From the NCBI GenBank assembly GCA_963664395.2, contig OY761159.2:3584001-3648000 (forward strand): 64,000 bases of DNA, given 5' to 3'. Shown piece after piece: positions 19,727-29,431 of the stretch. Both the position numbers and the translations under genes were made by a program. The DNA comes from Candidatus Binatia bacterium (GTDB lineage Bacteria > Desulfobacterota > Binatia > Bin18). The notes under the pieces are model-generated. The model saw only the letters and a list, made by a program, of their open reading frames with translations. It was not told the origin of the DNA and searched no databases. Each line of letters opens with the position of its first letter. Positions within the stretch are counted from its first letter, which is position 1.

Positions 19727-20434
19727 CTATTTTGCGTTATGGAAAATAATCCCGAGCGTGTAGCGCTGCCCGGAGGTGACGGTGCTGACTCCGTGCCGGA
19801 CCGTCATCCGATAATAGCCTCGCGTTCCACGCGCCGGACGATAGCGAGTGGTGAAGATAATACCTTCTCCCTGCTGCAGGGTGAGCGCAATACCGCGCGA
19901 CTGGGCGCGGGGTCGTTGTTCGACCAGAAGAAATTCTCCACCCGTATAGTGTGTCTTGGGACAGCTCAGAAAGAACGCCATTTGCAGGGGAAAAGCGATT
20001 GACCCATACAAGTCCTGATGTAAACAGTTGTATCCGCCTTGTTCGTAATGCAGGAGGAGCGGGGTCGGTTTGAGCTGCCCGTTCTCTTGGCAGAGCGTTA
20101 AGAAACGCGCCAGCGTTGGGGGAAAGGTCTCTGGCTGTTTGAGGGCGTCCATCCAGCGATTCGCAATTTTTGCCAGGGGAGGGTAGGCGTGCGTTCTGAG
20201 GTGGGTGACGAGCGGCGGCAGCGGGTCCGCGAAGTACTGGTAATCTCCGACGCCAAATCGGTGCTGAGCCATATCTACGCGTGTGCGAAATCGCTTGGTA
20301 TTCGCATACAGACGCATGAGTGTGGCGCATTCCGTGGACGTGAGAATACGAGGCGTGGTGGCGTAGCCCCGCGCCCACAAAGACTCTTCTATGGCCTGCC
20401 AGCCGAGTTGAGATATGCGCTCGTGACTCGTCAT
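19727..20434 (-). CDS. 2OG-Fe(II) oxygenase (DUF2086 family)
   Basis: PTPLLLHY..GGYNCLHQDLYG, GGEFLLVEQRPRAQSRG, RHGVS, RYTLGIIFH. Confidence 0.9.
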   Translation of the reverse strand: MTSHERISQLGWQAIEESLWARGYATTPRILTSTECATLMRLYANTKRFRTRVDMAQHRFGVGDYQYFADPLPPLVTHLRTHAYPPLAKIANRWMDALKQPETFPPTLARFLTLCQENGQLKPTPLLLHYEQGGYNCLHQDLYGSIAFPLQMAFFLSCPKTHYTGGEFLLVEQRPRAQSRGIALTLQQGEGIIFTTRYRPARGTRGYYRMTVRHGVSTVTSGQRYTLGIIFHNAK

Positions 20435-20440
20435 TAGCCC

Positions 20441-22009
20441 TCACCGAGGCACCCAATCCGGCATGCCCTCCAGAACAATTCCAAACGCCGGAATACCAAT
20501 CACATACAACAGTCCGGTCAGGATAACGATACTCAGGATATTGAGTCCTAAACCAGCCCAGAACATTTGCGGCAGGGTGACATAGCCACTGGCGAAAATA
20601 ATGGCGTTTGGTGCGGTGGCGGTCGGCAGCATAAAGGCAAAGGAGGCCGCAAAGGTGGCGGGGATCATGAGCAATCTGGGGTCAACCTCCAACCCGGTCG
20701 CGGTGGCGGCCAGCACCGGCATGACCAAGGTCGTCGTTGCCGTATTGCTGGTAAACTCGGTCAGCCAGACCATGAGAGTGCAGACGGAGAAGATAGCGAC
20801 AAAAGGGGAGACATCCCGCAGAAAGGACAATTGTGAGCCGGCCCAGTTCGCCAGGCCGGAATGTCCCACGCCTTCGGCCAGGGCGAGACTGCCGCCGAGC
20901 AGTACCAGAATCCCCCACGGAATCTTGTTGGTGTCGTCCCACGTCAGCAGGAACTCACCTTTTTTTCGTCCGGACGGAATAAGAAAAAGTAGGATGGCGG
21001 CCAATATGGCAACGGTCGAATCCTGGATGTGCTGCGGGTGGGGAAACAGGTTGGCCCAGCCGGGTAGAGACAGCGCACCGAAATCAATATCCTTCCTGAA
21101 AATCCAGAGCAGCGCGGTGGCGAGTGATAACAGCAACACCCGCCGTTCTCCGCTTTGTATGGGGCCGAGGTCTTTGAGCTGTTGGGTCAAAAAGGTCTGG
21201 TCATCCTGCCAGCCGGTGGTTGGGACCCGAAAGTAGATATAGACCAGATAAAACCAGGCGCTGACTACCATAAGAGCCGCGGTCGGCACGCCAAACAGCA
21301 TCCATTGGAAGAAGCCGATATCCGGTGCGTTCGGAAAGAGCTTGGTAAACGCACCCATGAACACGACGTTGGGCGGGGTACCCACTGGTGTACTCACCCC
21401 GCCGATCGAGGCGCTATAGGCCAGGCCGAGCATCAGGGCAATACCAAAGCCCTGGGTGGTGTCATAGCCCTGGCTGGCGGCATGATGCAGAACCGCCAGG
21501 GCGATAGGCAGCATGATAATGGTCGAGGCGGTATTGGAGATCCACATGGAGAGCAGCGCTGTCGTACAGAGAAAGCCGAGAATGAGCAGCTGTGGCGAGC
21601 GGCCTATACCGGACAGGATCAGCAAGGCGACCCGGCGGTGGAGCTGCCATTTCTCCATGGCGATGGCCAGAAAAAAGGCGCCAAAGAATAAAAAGACGAT
21701 GTGATCGGCATACGCCGTTGAGACCTCATGCGCGCTTAAAATATCGAGCAACGGAAACAGGACGAGCGGGACGAGACCCGTGACGGTAATATGCGTAGCC
21801 TCAGTCACCCACCACGCCCCCATGAGGGCGACCACGCCCGCGGTGTGCCAGGCGGCCAGGCTCATATCAGCCGGCGGGCCGGTCAAGAGAAACAGGCTGA
21901 GCACACCTATGCCGGCAAAGAGACCAATAGCTTGGCGTCTGCTATAGGCAGGAGGCTCAGGCGATGGAGCCCCTGACTTGGGAGTGTCTGTTGCCGTTGT
22001 CTTAGTCAT
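20441..22009 (-). CDS. SLC13/DASS sodium:dicarboxylate symporter
   Basis: SMWISNTA, GTPPN, TEFTSNTA, FMLPTATAPNAI; multiple TM segments. Confidence 0.93.
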   Translation of the reverse strand: MTKTTATDTPKSGAPSPEPPAYSRRQAIGLFAGIGVLSLFLLTGPPADMSLAAWHTAGVVALMGAWWVTEATHITVTGLVPLVLFPLLDILSAHEVSTAYADHIVFLFFGAFFLAIAMEKWQLHRRVALLILSGIGRSPQLLILGFLCTTALLSMWISNTASTIIMLPIALAVLHHAASQGYDTTQGFGIALMLGLAYSASIGGVSTPVGTPPNVVFMGAFTKLFPNAPDIGFFQWMLFGVPTAALMVVSAWFYLVYIYFRVPTTGWQDDQTFLTQQLKDLGPIQSGERRVLLLSLATALLWIFRKDIDFGALSLPGWANLFPHPQHIQDSTVAILAAILLFLIPSGRKKGEFLLTWDDTNKIPWGILVLLGGSLALAEGVGHSGLANWAGSQLSFLRDVSPFVAIFSVCTLMVWLTEFTSNTATTTLVMPVLAATATGLEVDPRLLMIPATFAASFAFMLPTATAPNAIIFASGYVTLPQMFWAGLGLNILSIVILTGLLYVIGIPAFGIVLEGMPDWVPR

Positions 22010-22035
22010 ATGAAAAGCTTTGCAAAGGAGGGTAT

Positions 22036-22431
22036 ATGAAAATTACACGTTTTGTAGCAACCCCGAATGGCGGGTCGCAGTTCGAGGAGATTGATATCCC
22101 GATCACGAACGAGCGACAAGATGCCGAAGGCCACACCCTGCTCTTATCCAACACCTATACCTCGCCAGGTGTGTGTTTTGTTGATCTGCCCGAAGGGCTC
22201 GATCAGGACTGGCACCAAGCGCCAACGCGACAAATCGTTGTCGTCCTGTCCGGAACGCTGGAAGTCACCACGACGGATAATCAGGTGCGGCAGTGGAGCA
22301 CCGGCGAAGCGTTTATCGCCGCCGATGTTACCGGCCAGGGCCACAAAACGCGCACGCTCGGGGGGCCGGCGCGGGTGATGTTTGCGCCCCTGTCCGAAAA
22401 CTTTTCCATGGAGAGCTGGTCGGAGGGTTAA
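22036..22431 (+). CDS. Cupin domain protein
   Basis: DWHQAPTRQIVVVLSGTLEV...ADVTGQGH; AAGGAGG SD. Confidence 0.85.
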   Translation: MKITRFVATPNGGSQFEEIDIPITNERQDAEGHTLLLSNTYTSPGVCFVDLPEGLDQDWHQAPTRQIVVVLSGTLEVTTTDNQVRQWSTGEAFIAADVTGQGHKTRTLGGPARVMFAPLSENFSMESWSEG

Positions 22432-22469
22432 ATCGAAACGGGGTGGCTTCCCGCTGACAACCGTTCCAA

Positions 22470-22558
22470 ACCCACCCCGCCGCTAACGCGGCACCCCTCC
22501 CAAGAGGGGAGCTTGCCTCATCCCCTCCTTGGAGGGGTGGCCGCAGGCCGGGGTGGGT
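22470..22558. repeat. Inverted REP doublet (REPIN-like), family A, second copy
   Basis: Near reverse complement of 16695-16785 with a different spacer. Confidence 0.85.
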
Positions 22559-22600
22559 TCCTCTTCGCCAATAGCAAGAGCCGGCTCAGGTTGATAGCCA

Positions 22601-23062
22601 GTGACCATCATCCACACCTCCGAAAGCCGGCTGATCCCCTGTTCCAGGGCCCGCGTGTACGAGGCGGTCCTAGCCTTTGAAGACTATCCATTGTGGTGGC
22701 CCAAAAAATTTCATCCCCGATTACAGCGTAAAGGCCAAGCATGGGTCGGAGACCGCATCGCATTTACCCCCGCACCCGGCATATGGACGGGCTGGGAAAT
22801 TACTGCTGTGACCCCTGTGGAGCAGATTCGGGTCGCCTACTTTCAAGGCTTTCACACCGGTTGGGGGGTATGGAGATTCGCCTCGCAACAACAACACACC
22901 TTGCTCTCCTTTGAAATGCGGATCGTGCCCAAGAATCCGCTCTTTGGTCTGGTGTACAGACTCGCCAGGGTTCCCCGCAGGCATGCCGCTCATATGCAGG
23001 AATTATTTACCTGCCTTGAAGGCTATCTGAAAGAAAGAACAATCCGCCCCCTGAAGGTATGA
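22601..23062 (+). CDS. SRPBCC (START/polyketide cyclase) family protein
   Basis: VYEAVLAFEDYPLWWP, G.GVWRF, C-terminal amphipathic helix. Confidence 0.75.
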   Translation: MTIIHTSESRLIPCSRARVYEAVLAFEDYPLWWPKKFHPRLQRKGQAWVGDRIAFTPAPGIWTGWEITAVTPVEQIRVAYFQGFHTGWGVWRFASQQQHTLLSFEMRIVPKNPLFGLVYRLARVPRRHAAHMQELFTCLEGYLKERTIRPLKV

Positions 23063-23097
23063 CACAACTCACGCCGGGCTCGGGAGGACGCCCTGTC

Positions 23098-23125
23098 CGT
23101 CATTCCCGCGCACGCGGGAATCCAG
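23098..23125. repeat. dRS3-like palindrome CGTC-ATTCCC-N8-GGGAAT-CCAG
   Basis: ATTCCC gcgcacgc GGGAAT at 23102-23121 matches the ATTCCC-N8-GGGAAT consensus; single copy in the window. Confidence 0.65.
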
Positions 23126-23156
23126 GCTCACCCCAACCCTTGTAACGAGGCCCAGG

Positions 23157-23453
23157 TCACGCGGCTCCCTGCCGGATGGCGATGGCCTCGCGCAGGCCGT
23201 CCAGCAACCCTTCCAGGTGGGCCATACGCTCGCGCAGTTCGGCGATTTGCTGCTCCAAGGCCGTAAATCGCTCGCCAAATTCCTTACGCTGGGCGGCCAG
23301 TTCGGCACTGAGGTCCCGACGCTGGGCGATGAGTTCCCGACGCTGTTCCGCAAGTTCGGCGCGGATGGCCCGTTGCCCGTTCAGTATCAACCAGGCCAGA
23401 GCTGCCCCGACCGCAAGGACGGCTATCAGGACGCTGATCAATTCAACGCTCAT
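23157..23453 (-). CDS. Small protein with N-terminal TM helix and coiled coil
   Basis: Hydrophobic residues 5-24, then heptad-like repeats (ELAEQRRELIAQRRDLSAELAAQR), ending LEGLLDGLR. Confidence 0.75.
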   Translation of the reverse strand: MSVELISVLIAVLAVGAALAWLILNGQRAIRAELAEQRRELIAQRRDLSAELAAQRKEFGERFTALEQQIAELRERMAHLEGLLDGLREAIAIRQGAA

Positions 23454-23519
23454 AGTGGTTCACCATACCCCACCAACGAGAAGGGGGGCAAGCAGAGACT
23501 TTAAGGGTAGGGAAGAAAT

Positions 23520-23551
23520 CCCTCACCCCAGCCCTCTCCCAGAGGGAGAGG
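23520..23551. repeat. REP-like palindrome, family B
   Basis: CCCTCACCCCAGCCCTCTCCCAGAGGGAGAGG. Confidence 0.75.
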
Positions 23552-23569
23552 AGGAAAATGACTGAACGC

Positions 23570-24199
23570 TTACGCCTTGGCGCTCGGTCGTGAGGAAACG
23601 TCATCATGCCAGCGTTTGGTGTTGGTGTTGGCCTCGGGAATGCCCATCTTGGCGAAACCGGCAAAATCGACCACACACAGCGCGGTGATATCGGCAACGG
23701 TGTACCGCTCCCCGGCAACATAGCTTCTCTGGCTGAGACGGTGTTCCAGCCGCTCATAAAAACGTTCAACGCCGGCCTTCCCCCGGGCGGCCAGTTCGGG
23801 AATGGCTTGCACATTCTCCAGACCGGGCAGACCCCGGTTCTTAAAGCCCTCAAACGAGTTGCGAAACATCTCGCCCGTAGGATTCAGACCGTCGAATTCC
23901 ATGTGGCGTTGCCACGACTCGATTTGGGCCTTCTCCAAGGCGTCCCGGCCCATGAGGTTGGGCTCCGGCTGGGTCTCTTCAATATAGCGACAAATCGCTA
24001 TGGTCTCGTCAATGCGGTTCCCGTCGTCGAGTTCAAGCGTGGGCAGCAGTCCGCGCGGATTCACCGCCAGATATTCTGGCTTGAGATTTTCTCCCTTGAT
24101 AATGCTGACCTCGGTCTTCGGAATATCGACCCCTTTTTCTGCCAGAAAGACACGCACCCGACGTGGGTTGGGGGCCATTTGGCAATCATAGAGTTTCAT
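23570..24199 (-). CDS. Glutathione S-transferase family protein
   Basis: MKLYD..APNPRRV..FLAEKG, NPRGLLPTL, ETIAICRY, YTVADIT; AAGGAG SD before ATG 24199. Confidence 0.92.
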   Translation of the reverse strand: MKLYDCQMAPNPRRVRVFLAEKGVDIPKTEVSIIKGENLKPEYLAVNPRGLLPTLELDDGNRIDETIAICRYIEETQPEPNLMGRDALEKAQIESWQRHMEFDGLNPTGEMFRNSFEGFKNRGLPGLENVQAIPELAARGKAGVERFYERLEHRLSQRSYVAGERYTVADITALCVVDFAGFAKMGIPEANTNTKRWHDDVSSRPSAKA

Positions 24200-24295
24200 A
24201 CTGCGCTCCTTTCTTTCGTGTGGGTGACAGGCTAAAGATCCTAGGGAACCATAGCGACCCTTAGCACAGATGCAAGCCCATACGGAGGAGGAGCG

Positions 24296-25609
24296 ATGCA
24301 AAAAAGACTCGGGCGTCTACTCGTGAGTGTGACTTTTCTGATGTTCGGGCCGGTATCGTTTGGTCGGGCGGATGTCCGTCCCGGCGACACCATTACCAAA
24401 ACGAATATGGCGCAAGCCGCCGAGCTGCTCACACCGTCTACGCGCTGGATGTTGGAGCGGGGTATGACGATGGGGATTGGAGAGCCGCGGCCCTATACCT
24501 GGCCCAAGGCGTATCAAGACGCAACGGAACGATACGCGGGACAGGTTGTCATCTCGGCCGACGGACGAGAAATAGCGAACTATATTGCCGGGGCGCCGTT
24601 TCCCGTCATTGCTGCCCAGGACCACTTGGCCGGATACAAGATCATGTGGAATCATGCCCAGCCGCCCTACAGCATCGACAATATCGGGGCGAGCTATGTC
24701 GCTCATCTCGTCAACAGCCAGGGCAATGTGGACCAGTCCTTCGAGAATTCGTGGCGTCGGGTGATGTGGACGGGGCGCTTGTACACGGACCCCAAGCCCA
24801 TCATCCCGCACAATCCGGCGGTGCGGCATAGTCATATGTGGGGGCCGCTGGTGTTGCCCAATCGCTATAAGGGGCTGGCCGTGCTCGAATTTCGCTATAT
24901 CCCGGCGAGTGCGGCGGACGACACCTATGTCTACTCGCCGCAACTCCGCCGCGTGCGGCGGATCAGTGTTGCGGACCGCAGCGCCAGTATTTGGGGCTCG
25001 GATTATGATCTTGACTCGTTTTATGGATTTAATGCGAAAATCGGAAGCTGGGATTTCCGGCTCCTGGCGGAAAAAGATATTCTCGGGGTGCTGCACAGCG
25101 GCCGCTATGGGGACCCGGCCGAGTGGTGCGGCCAACGGGATACAGGCCAGGGCCTCCGGGCCGCGCTGCCGTGTGTGACCTGGGAAAAACGGCGGGTGTG
25201 GGTGGTGGAGGCCACGCCGCTCAACTCCCCCAGAAAGTACGCCTATTCAAAGCGGGTGCTATACGTTGACCAGGAAACCTTCGGCGTCGGGCTCGCCGAG
25301 CTGTACGACACGAATGGGGAACTCCAAAAGGGGCTCGTCCACTGTGCCTTTGTGACAAAAAAACCGCATGCCGGCTACCCGTCCAATCCGCTCTCCGGGG
25401 CGCGCTATAACTATCAGGAAGAACAACTGTTTGTCCCCAACTTCGTGATGATTGATTTTCAGAAAATGCTGGCCACGGTGGGTGAAATCCCCTCGACCCA
25501 ACAACCCCCGTCAGAATGGGAAGGGGAGCCCTATTTCAACGAAGCCGGAGTCAGAGGAGCGGACCCGGATTCGCATACGACCAACGCCCTGATGGAAATG
25601 GGGCGCTAG
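24296..25609 (+). CDS. DUF1329 domain-containing exported protein
   Basis: Signal peptide, PGDTIT..N, Y.AGAPFP, IMWN, YSPQLRRVRRIS, VWVVEATP, YSKRVLYVDQE. Confidence 0.85.
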   Translation: MQKRLGRLLVSVTFLMFGPVSFGRADVRPGDTITKTNMAQAAELLTPSTRWMLERGMTMGIGEPRPYTWPKAYQDATERYAGQVVISADGREIANYIAGAPFPVIAAQDHLAGYKIMWNHAQPPYSIDNIGASYVAHLVNSQGNVDQSFENSWRRVMWTGRLYTDPKPIIPHNPAVRHSHMWGPLVLPNRYKGLAVLEFRYIPASAADDTYVYSPQLRRVRRISVADRSASIWGSDYDLDSFYGFNAKIGSWDFRLLAEKDILGVLHSGRYGDPAEWCGQRDTGQGLRAALPCVTWEKRRVWVVEATPLNSPRKYAYSKRVLYVDQETFGVGLAELYDTNGELQKGLVHCAFVTKKPHAGYPSNPLSGARYNYQEEQLFVPNFVMIDFQKMLATVGEIPSTQQPPSEWEGEPYFNEAGVRGADPDSHTTNALMEMGR

Positions 25610-25631
25610 GGGGCGCTGTCGGGTTGCTTCC

Positions 25632-26918
25632 CTACTCGACCTGCCTGATTGAGGTCCGCAGAAAAACGAACCCGACCACGACGACCATCGCGCTGCTCAT
25701 AACGATGCAGGTCGTCAGGGGGCCGATAGCATCGACCAAGACACCGGACAGGGGAGCGCCGAGTAGGCCGGCGGCTCCCATAAAACCGATCGTATAGACG
25801 GACAGCACGCGGGCGCGATTGGCGACGCTGGCCTGCTCCTGATACACCGTCCGACCGGCATTGATAAAGATGGCTGCGCTCACTCCCCAGGCGCACACGG
25901 CCAGCAGGGTGCCCCAAAAAGGCAGGCCGAACGAAACCATAAAGAGGCAGCCCGAGCCGAACAGGAGGGCCACGATTTGGGCTTCGCCCTTATGCCGAAT
26001 CCCACCCGCCCATAGCATGCACACCGAGCCAATAATTGTTCCCAGCGGAAAGGTCATATTGAGGAGGGCCAGTTGGTCCACCCCGCCGTGGTAAAAGTCG
26101 CGGACTAAGAGGGGCAGGACCACCAGGAACGGGCCAATAAAGAAAATGCCGACCGCAACTGCGAGCAGCAGCGTGGCCGAGAGAGCCGGTGACTGTCGGA
26201 CCTCTCGCACCCCTTCAATCACGTCCGAGAGATGCAGACTGCCCTGTGACCGGTGTTTCTTCGGGCTGGACATCTTGCGTAACGGCAGAATACCGGTCAG
26301 CAGAACCAGACTGTGCAGGCCCAAGGCCGGAACCGTCCCGATCAAGCGGGCCGTCCCTGCCAGCAGAGAGCCGCATATTTGCATGCCCCACTGCGTCATG
26401 GTCATCCCGGTTACCGAGTGCAACATATTAGCGCCCGCCACCTGAGAGAGTTGGGCGTCGCGGGCGGGCATGACAAACGCCTGGACCGTTCCCATCCCAA
26501 TGGCATAGGCGATGAGGAGCGGGAGGGACAAGCACGCATTGGCGACTGCAAGGAAGAGGCCGGCAGAAATGACGCTCGCAATCAGGTGCAGGACCATAAG
26601 CATGCGCCGTTGGTCATAGCGGTCGGCAATGGCTCCACCGGGCAGGGCCAAAAGAACTGACGGAATCATCATGGCGCTTTGGGTGATCCCGACCCACTCC
26701 GCTTCGGCATTGAGCACGCCGACAACCAACCAGGAAAACAGAACGCCTTGCATCCCAATAGCCATAAACCAACTGCCGGTTCCAGCCAGAAACCAGAAGT
26801 AGGGCGCTGGCAGGTGGGCCGGTGAGCGCGATTGAGCGGAAGACGGCGGAATGCCCTGAGATGCGTCAGGGGGAGCCGAAGGACAGGGTGCTGTGTTTGG
26901 CGAAGAAGCGTGCGACAA
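25632..26918 (-). CDS. MFS transporter
   Basis: About 12 TM segments, motif A GAIADRYDQRR, PARDA, RARVLS; start uncertain (TTG 26918 chosen; ORF open to 27035). Confidence 0.88.
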   Translation of the reverse strand: MSHASSPNTAPCPSAPPDASQGIPPSSAQSRSPAHLPAPYFWFLAGTGSWFMAIGMQGVLFSWLVVGVLNAEAEWVGITQSAMMIPSVLLALPGGAIADRYDQRRMLMVLHLIASVISAGLFLAVANACLSLPLLIAYAIGMGTVQAFVMPARDAQLSQVAGANMLHSVTGMTMTQWGMQICGSLLAGTARLIGTVPALGLHSLVLLTGILPLRKMSSPKKHRSQGSLHLSDVIEGVREVRQSPALSATLLLAVAVGIFFIGPFLVVLPLLVRDFYHGGVDQLALLNMTFPLGTIIGSVCMLWAGGIRHKGEAQIVALLFGSGCLFMVSFGLPFWGTLLAVCAWGVSAAIFINAGRTVYQEQASVANRARVLSVYTIGFMGAAGLLGAPLSGVLVDAIGPLTTCIVMSSAMVVVVGFVFLRTSIRQVE

Positions 26919-27098
26919 TATGAGCGTCCTTGATGCTTTGGGATGGTTTAGGATGGTCTGGAAAAAGATGGTTTGGAAAGGCGGGCGACGGCAGCATACC
27001 GGACCAGGGTCGCTAAAGCGAGGGGGAAACGCCATACCTGTTGGACGGTTCTTGAAGGGAGAGGACCCCTCGGAATGCGTGCGGGCGGGAGTCTGAAG

Positions 27099-28241
27099 AT
27101 GGTTTTCAGAAGTGTGGGTATCCTGATTGGTCTCTTGGTTGGTCTCTTGATCGCATGTGGAGCAAGCGCTGTCCAGGCACAGTCTTCCCCGCTTGCCCTT
27201 CTTTCCCTTCCCCCAGGATTTCAGATCGAGGTGTATGCTGCCCGTGTCCCAAATGCGCGCGCGCTTGCCCTGGGGTCACAGGGAACGGTCTTTGTCGGCA
27301 CCCAGCGCGCGGGAAAAGTCTATGCTGTTGTCGATCACAACCAGGACTATCGGGTTGATGCGGTGCATACGCTTGCCGAGGGATTAGACATGCCGAGTGG
27401 CGTGGCCTTTCGTGATGGTGCGCTGTACGTAGCCGAGGTCAACCGCATTCTCCGTTTTGATGACATTGAGTCACAGCTCAACCACTCGTCTCCGCCGGCC
27501 GCGCTGGCTCCACCGGTTGTCGTGAATGATACGCTCCCGCGTGACCGCTGGCACGGCTGGAAGTTTATCCGGTTCGGGCCTGATAACTTGTTATACGTAC
27601 CCGTCGGGGCTCCGTGTAATGTCTGTACCAAGAGTGACCCCCGCTATGCCTCGATTCTCCGCATGAAGCCGGACGGCAGCGGGCTGGAAAACTTTGCTCG
27701 TGGAGTACGCAATACCGTCGGGTTTGACTGGCATCCTGAAACACACGAACTCTGGTTTACGGAGAATGGTCGGGACTGGCTGGGCGATGATGCACCGCCG
27801 TGTGAACTCAATCACGCCCCACAGCCCGGCTTGCACTTCGGGTTCCCGTACTGTCATGCCAGCAGCATCCCCGACCCGGACTTTGGGTCAGAGCGGCCCT
27901 GCGCCGAATTTACGTCGCCGGCGCAGGAACTCGGACCACACGTCGCACCGTTGGGCATGCGTTTTTATACGGGCTCGATGTTCCCGGCAGCCTACCGGAA
28001 TCAGATTTTCATTGCCGAGCACGGCTCGTGGAACCGCAGCGATCCTATCGGCTATCGGGTGATGCTGATCCGCTTGGAGAACAACACCGCCACGAGCTAC
28101 GAGGTCTTTGCCGAAGGCTGGCTCCAAAAGGACGGGGCCTGGGGGCGGCCCGTTGATGTCCTGGTGATGCCGGATGGGGCGCTGTTGGTATCCGATGATC
28201 GCGCCGGGGTGATTTATCGGATCAGCTATCAATCGGATTAG
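27099..28241 (+). CDS. PQQ-dependent glucose/sorbosone dehydrogenase family protein
   Basis: Signal peptide, LPPGFQIEVYA..PNAR, HGWK..FGPD, GAPCNVC, GVRNTVGFDWHP, AEHGSWNR, GRPVDV. Confidence 0.9.
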   Translation: MVFRSVGILIGLLVGLLIACGASAVQAQSSPLALLSLPPGFQIEVYAARVPNARALALGSQGTVFVGTQRAGKVYAVVDHNQDYRVDAVHTLAEGLDMPSGVAFRDGALYVAEVNRILRFDDIESQLNHSSPPAALAPPVVVNDTLPRDRWHGWKFIRFGPDNLLYVPVGAPCNVCTKSDPRYASILRMKPDGSGLENFARGVRNTVGFDWHPETHELWFTENGRDWLGDDAPPCELNHAPQPGLHFGFPYCHASSIPDPDFGSERPCAEFTSPAQELGPHVAPLGMRFYTGSMFPAAYRNQIFIAEHGSWNRSDPIGYRVMLIRLENNTATSYEVFAEGWLQKDGAWGRPVDVLVMPDGALLVSDDRAGVIYRISYQSD

Positions 28242-28293
28242 CTATCAATCGGATCAGATTTTGCGGATTAGATTTTGCGGATTAGATTTTGCG
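28224..28293. repeat. Two adjacent tandem duplications (16 bp x2; 14 bp x2.7)
   Basis: AGCTATCAATCGGAT(T) x2, then AGATTTTGCGGATT x2.7. Confidence 0.92.
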
Positions 28294-28314
28294 TCCTGCT
28301 CGAAAGGATTCTTC

Positions 28315-28821
28315 ATGTCTGACGTACTGCCTGACATCAAGATACGGGTGCTGACTGACGGCGACCGTGGTAGCGCACTCGCAGTCATTAATACGGCTGC
28401 TCGCTGGTACCAGGAGTTTTTGTCTGCCGAGGAATATCACGACCCGGAGATGACACCCGACGAATGGACACAAGAGGCCGAACGTCTCACCTGGTATGGA
28501 GCCTTTGACCTCGATACTCTCCTTGGTGTGATGGGCCTGGAATATGTCAAAGACGTTGCTCTCCTCCGACATGCGTACATCCTGCCCGACCAGCAGCGGC
28601 ATGGGATCGGCTCTCTTCTGCGGGAATACGTGGAGAAGCAGATGCGTGGAGTGAGTCGGATTGTCGTTGGCACCTATGCCGGAAATTATAAAGCACGGGG
28701 TGCGCTGGAAGCTGCTGGCTATACGCTCTCACCAGAGCCGGAGGCCGTCCTCCGGGCGTATTACGCTATCCCCGAAGACCGGCTCCAGTCTTCTGTGACG
28801 TATGAGAAGGAGATCGGTTAA
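28315..28821 (+). CDS. GNAT family N-acetyltransferase
   Basis: LLRHAYILPDQQRHGIGSLL (acetyl-CoA motif A). Confidence 0.88.
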   Translation: MSDVLPDIKIRVLTDGDRGSALAVINTAARWYQEFLSAEEYHDPEMTPDEWTQEAERLTWYGAFDLDTLLGVMGLEYVKDVALLRHAYILPDQQRHGIGSLLREYVEKQMRGVSRIVVGTYAGNYKARGALEAAGYTLSPEPEAVLRAYYAIPEDRLQSSVTYEKEIG

Positions 28822-28899
28822 GCCCTGGTTGGCCCTGGTTGGCATGGTCCGCTTCGTGAGTTTTCTCCTCCAATACTCTCTCTCGTGGACTCGCTGGAG

Positions 28900-29406
28900 T
28901 CAGGCCGCATCCGTCGGACCTGATGAAGCCGGCGACGGAAACCAGCGCGGCGTGGCCGCCTGATAGGCCATATAATCCTCGCCAAACCGTTTCCTCAGAG
29001 TGGGCTCCTCAATATAGAGAACGAGCACGAGACTGAGCAGTAGGAGAAACACGGTATAGAGCAATACGTGTACGGATTGAAACCAGAATATTTGGCCGCC
29101 CAGCATGGCAAACATGCCGCCCAGCATGGGATGCTGAATATGGGCATACGGGCCGCTCACAACCATGCGCTGGGGTGGATCAAGGGGGAAAGGGGTGCCG
29201 ACTCCGCGCCGGGCAAGATAGTACGCGGCCGAAAAAATTAAGGCTCCTCCCCCCAGGCAGAGGAGGCAGCCGAGCAGGGAAAACAGAAACGAGAAGGGAA
29301 GCGTCGCCGCCGCCTCAAAGTGCCGCAGTTTCCAAGGCAGATAGCCGATCAGGAAGCCGGGAATAACAAAAGTGTACACCGTAGCGCGGAGCCGCAGGGA
29401 CAGCAT
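28900..29406 (-). CDS. Isoprenylcysteine carboxyl methyltransferase / PEMT family membrane protein
   Basis: GTPFPLDPP..VVSGPYAHIQHPM, EEPTL..RFGEDY..Y....PRW. Confidence 0.87.
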   Translation of the reverse strand: MLSLRLRATVYTFVIPGFLIGYLPWKLRHFEAAATLPFSFLFSLLGCLLCLGGGALIFSAAYYLARRGVGTPFPLDPPQRMVVSGPYAHIQHPMLGGMFAMLGGQIFWFQSVHVLLYTVFLLLLSLVLVLYIEEPTLRKRFGEDYMAYQAATPRWFPSPASSGPTDAA

Positions 29407-29431
29407 GGGCAGATCGAGTGAAAGAGATGTT

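Noticed and set aside
19737-20456. 239-aa same-strand alternative ORF over the 2OG-Fe(II) oxygenase
   Set aside because: Arg/Ala/Pro-rich shadow frame with no motifs; the 19727-20434 frame has clear family motifs
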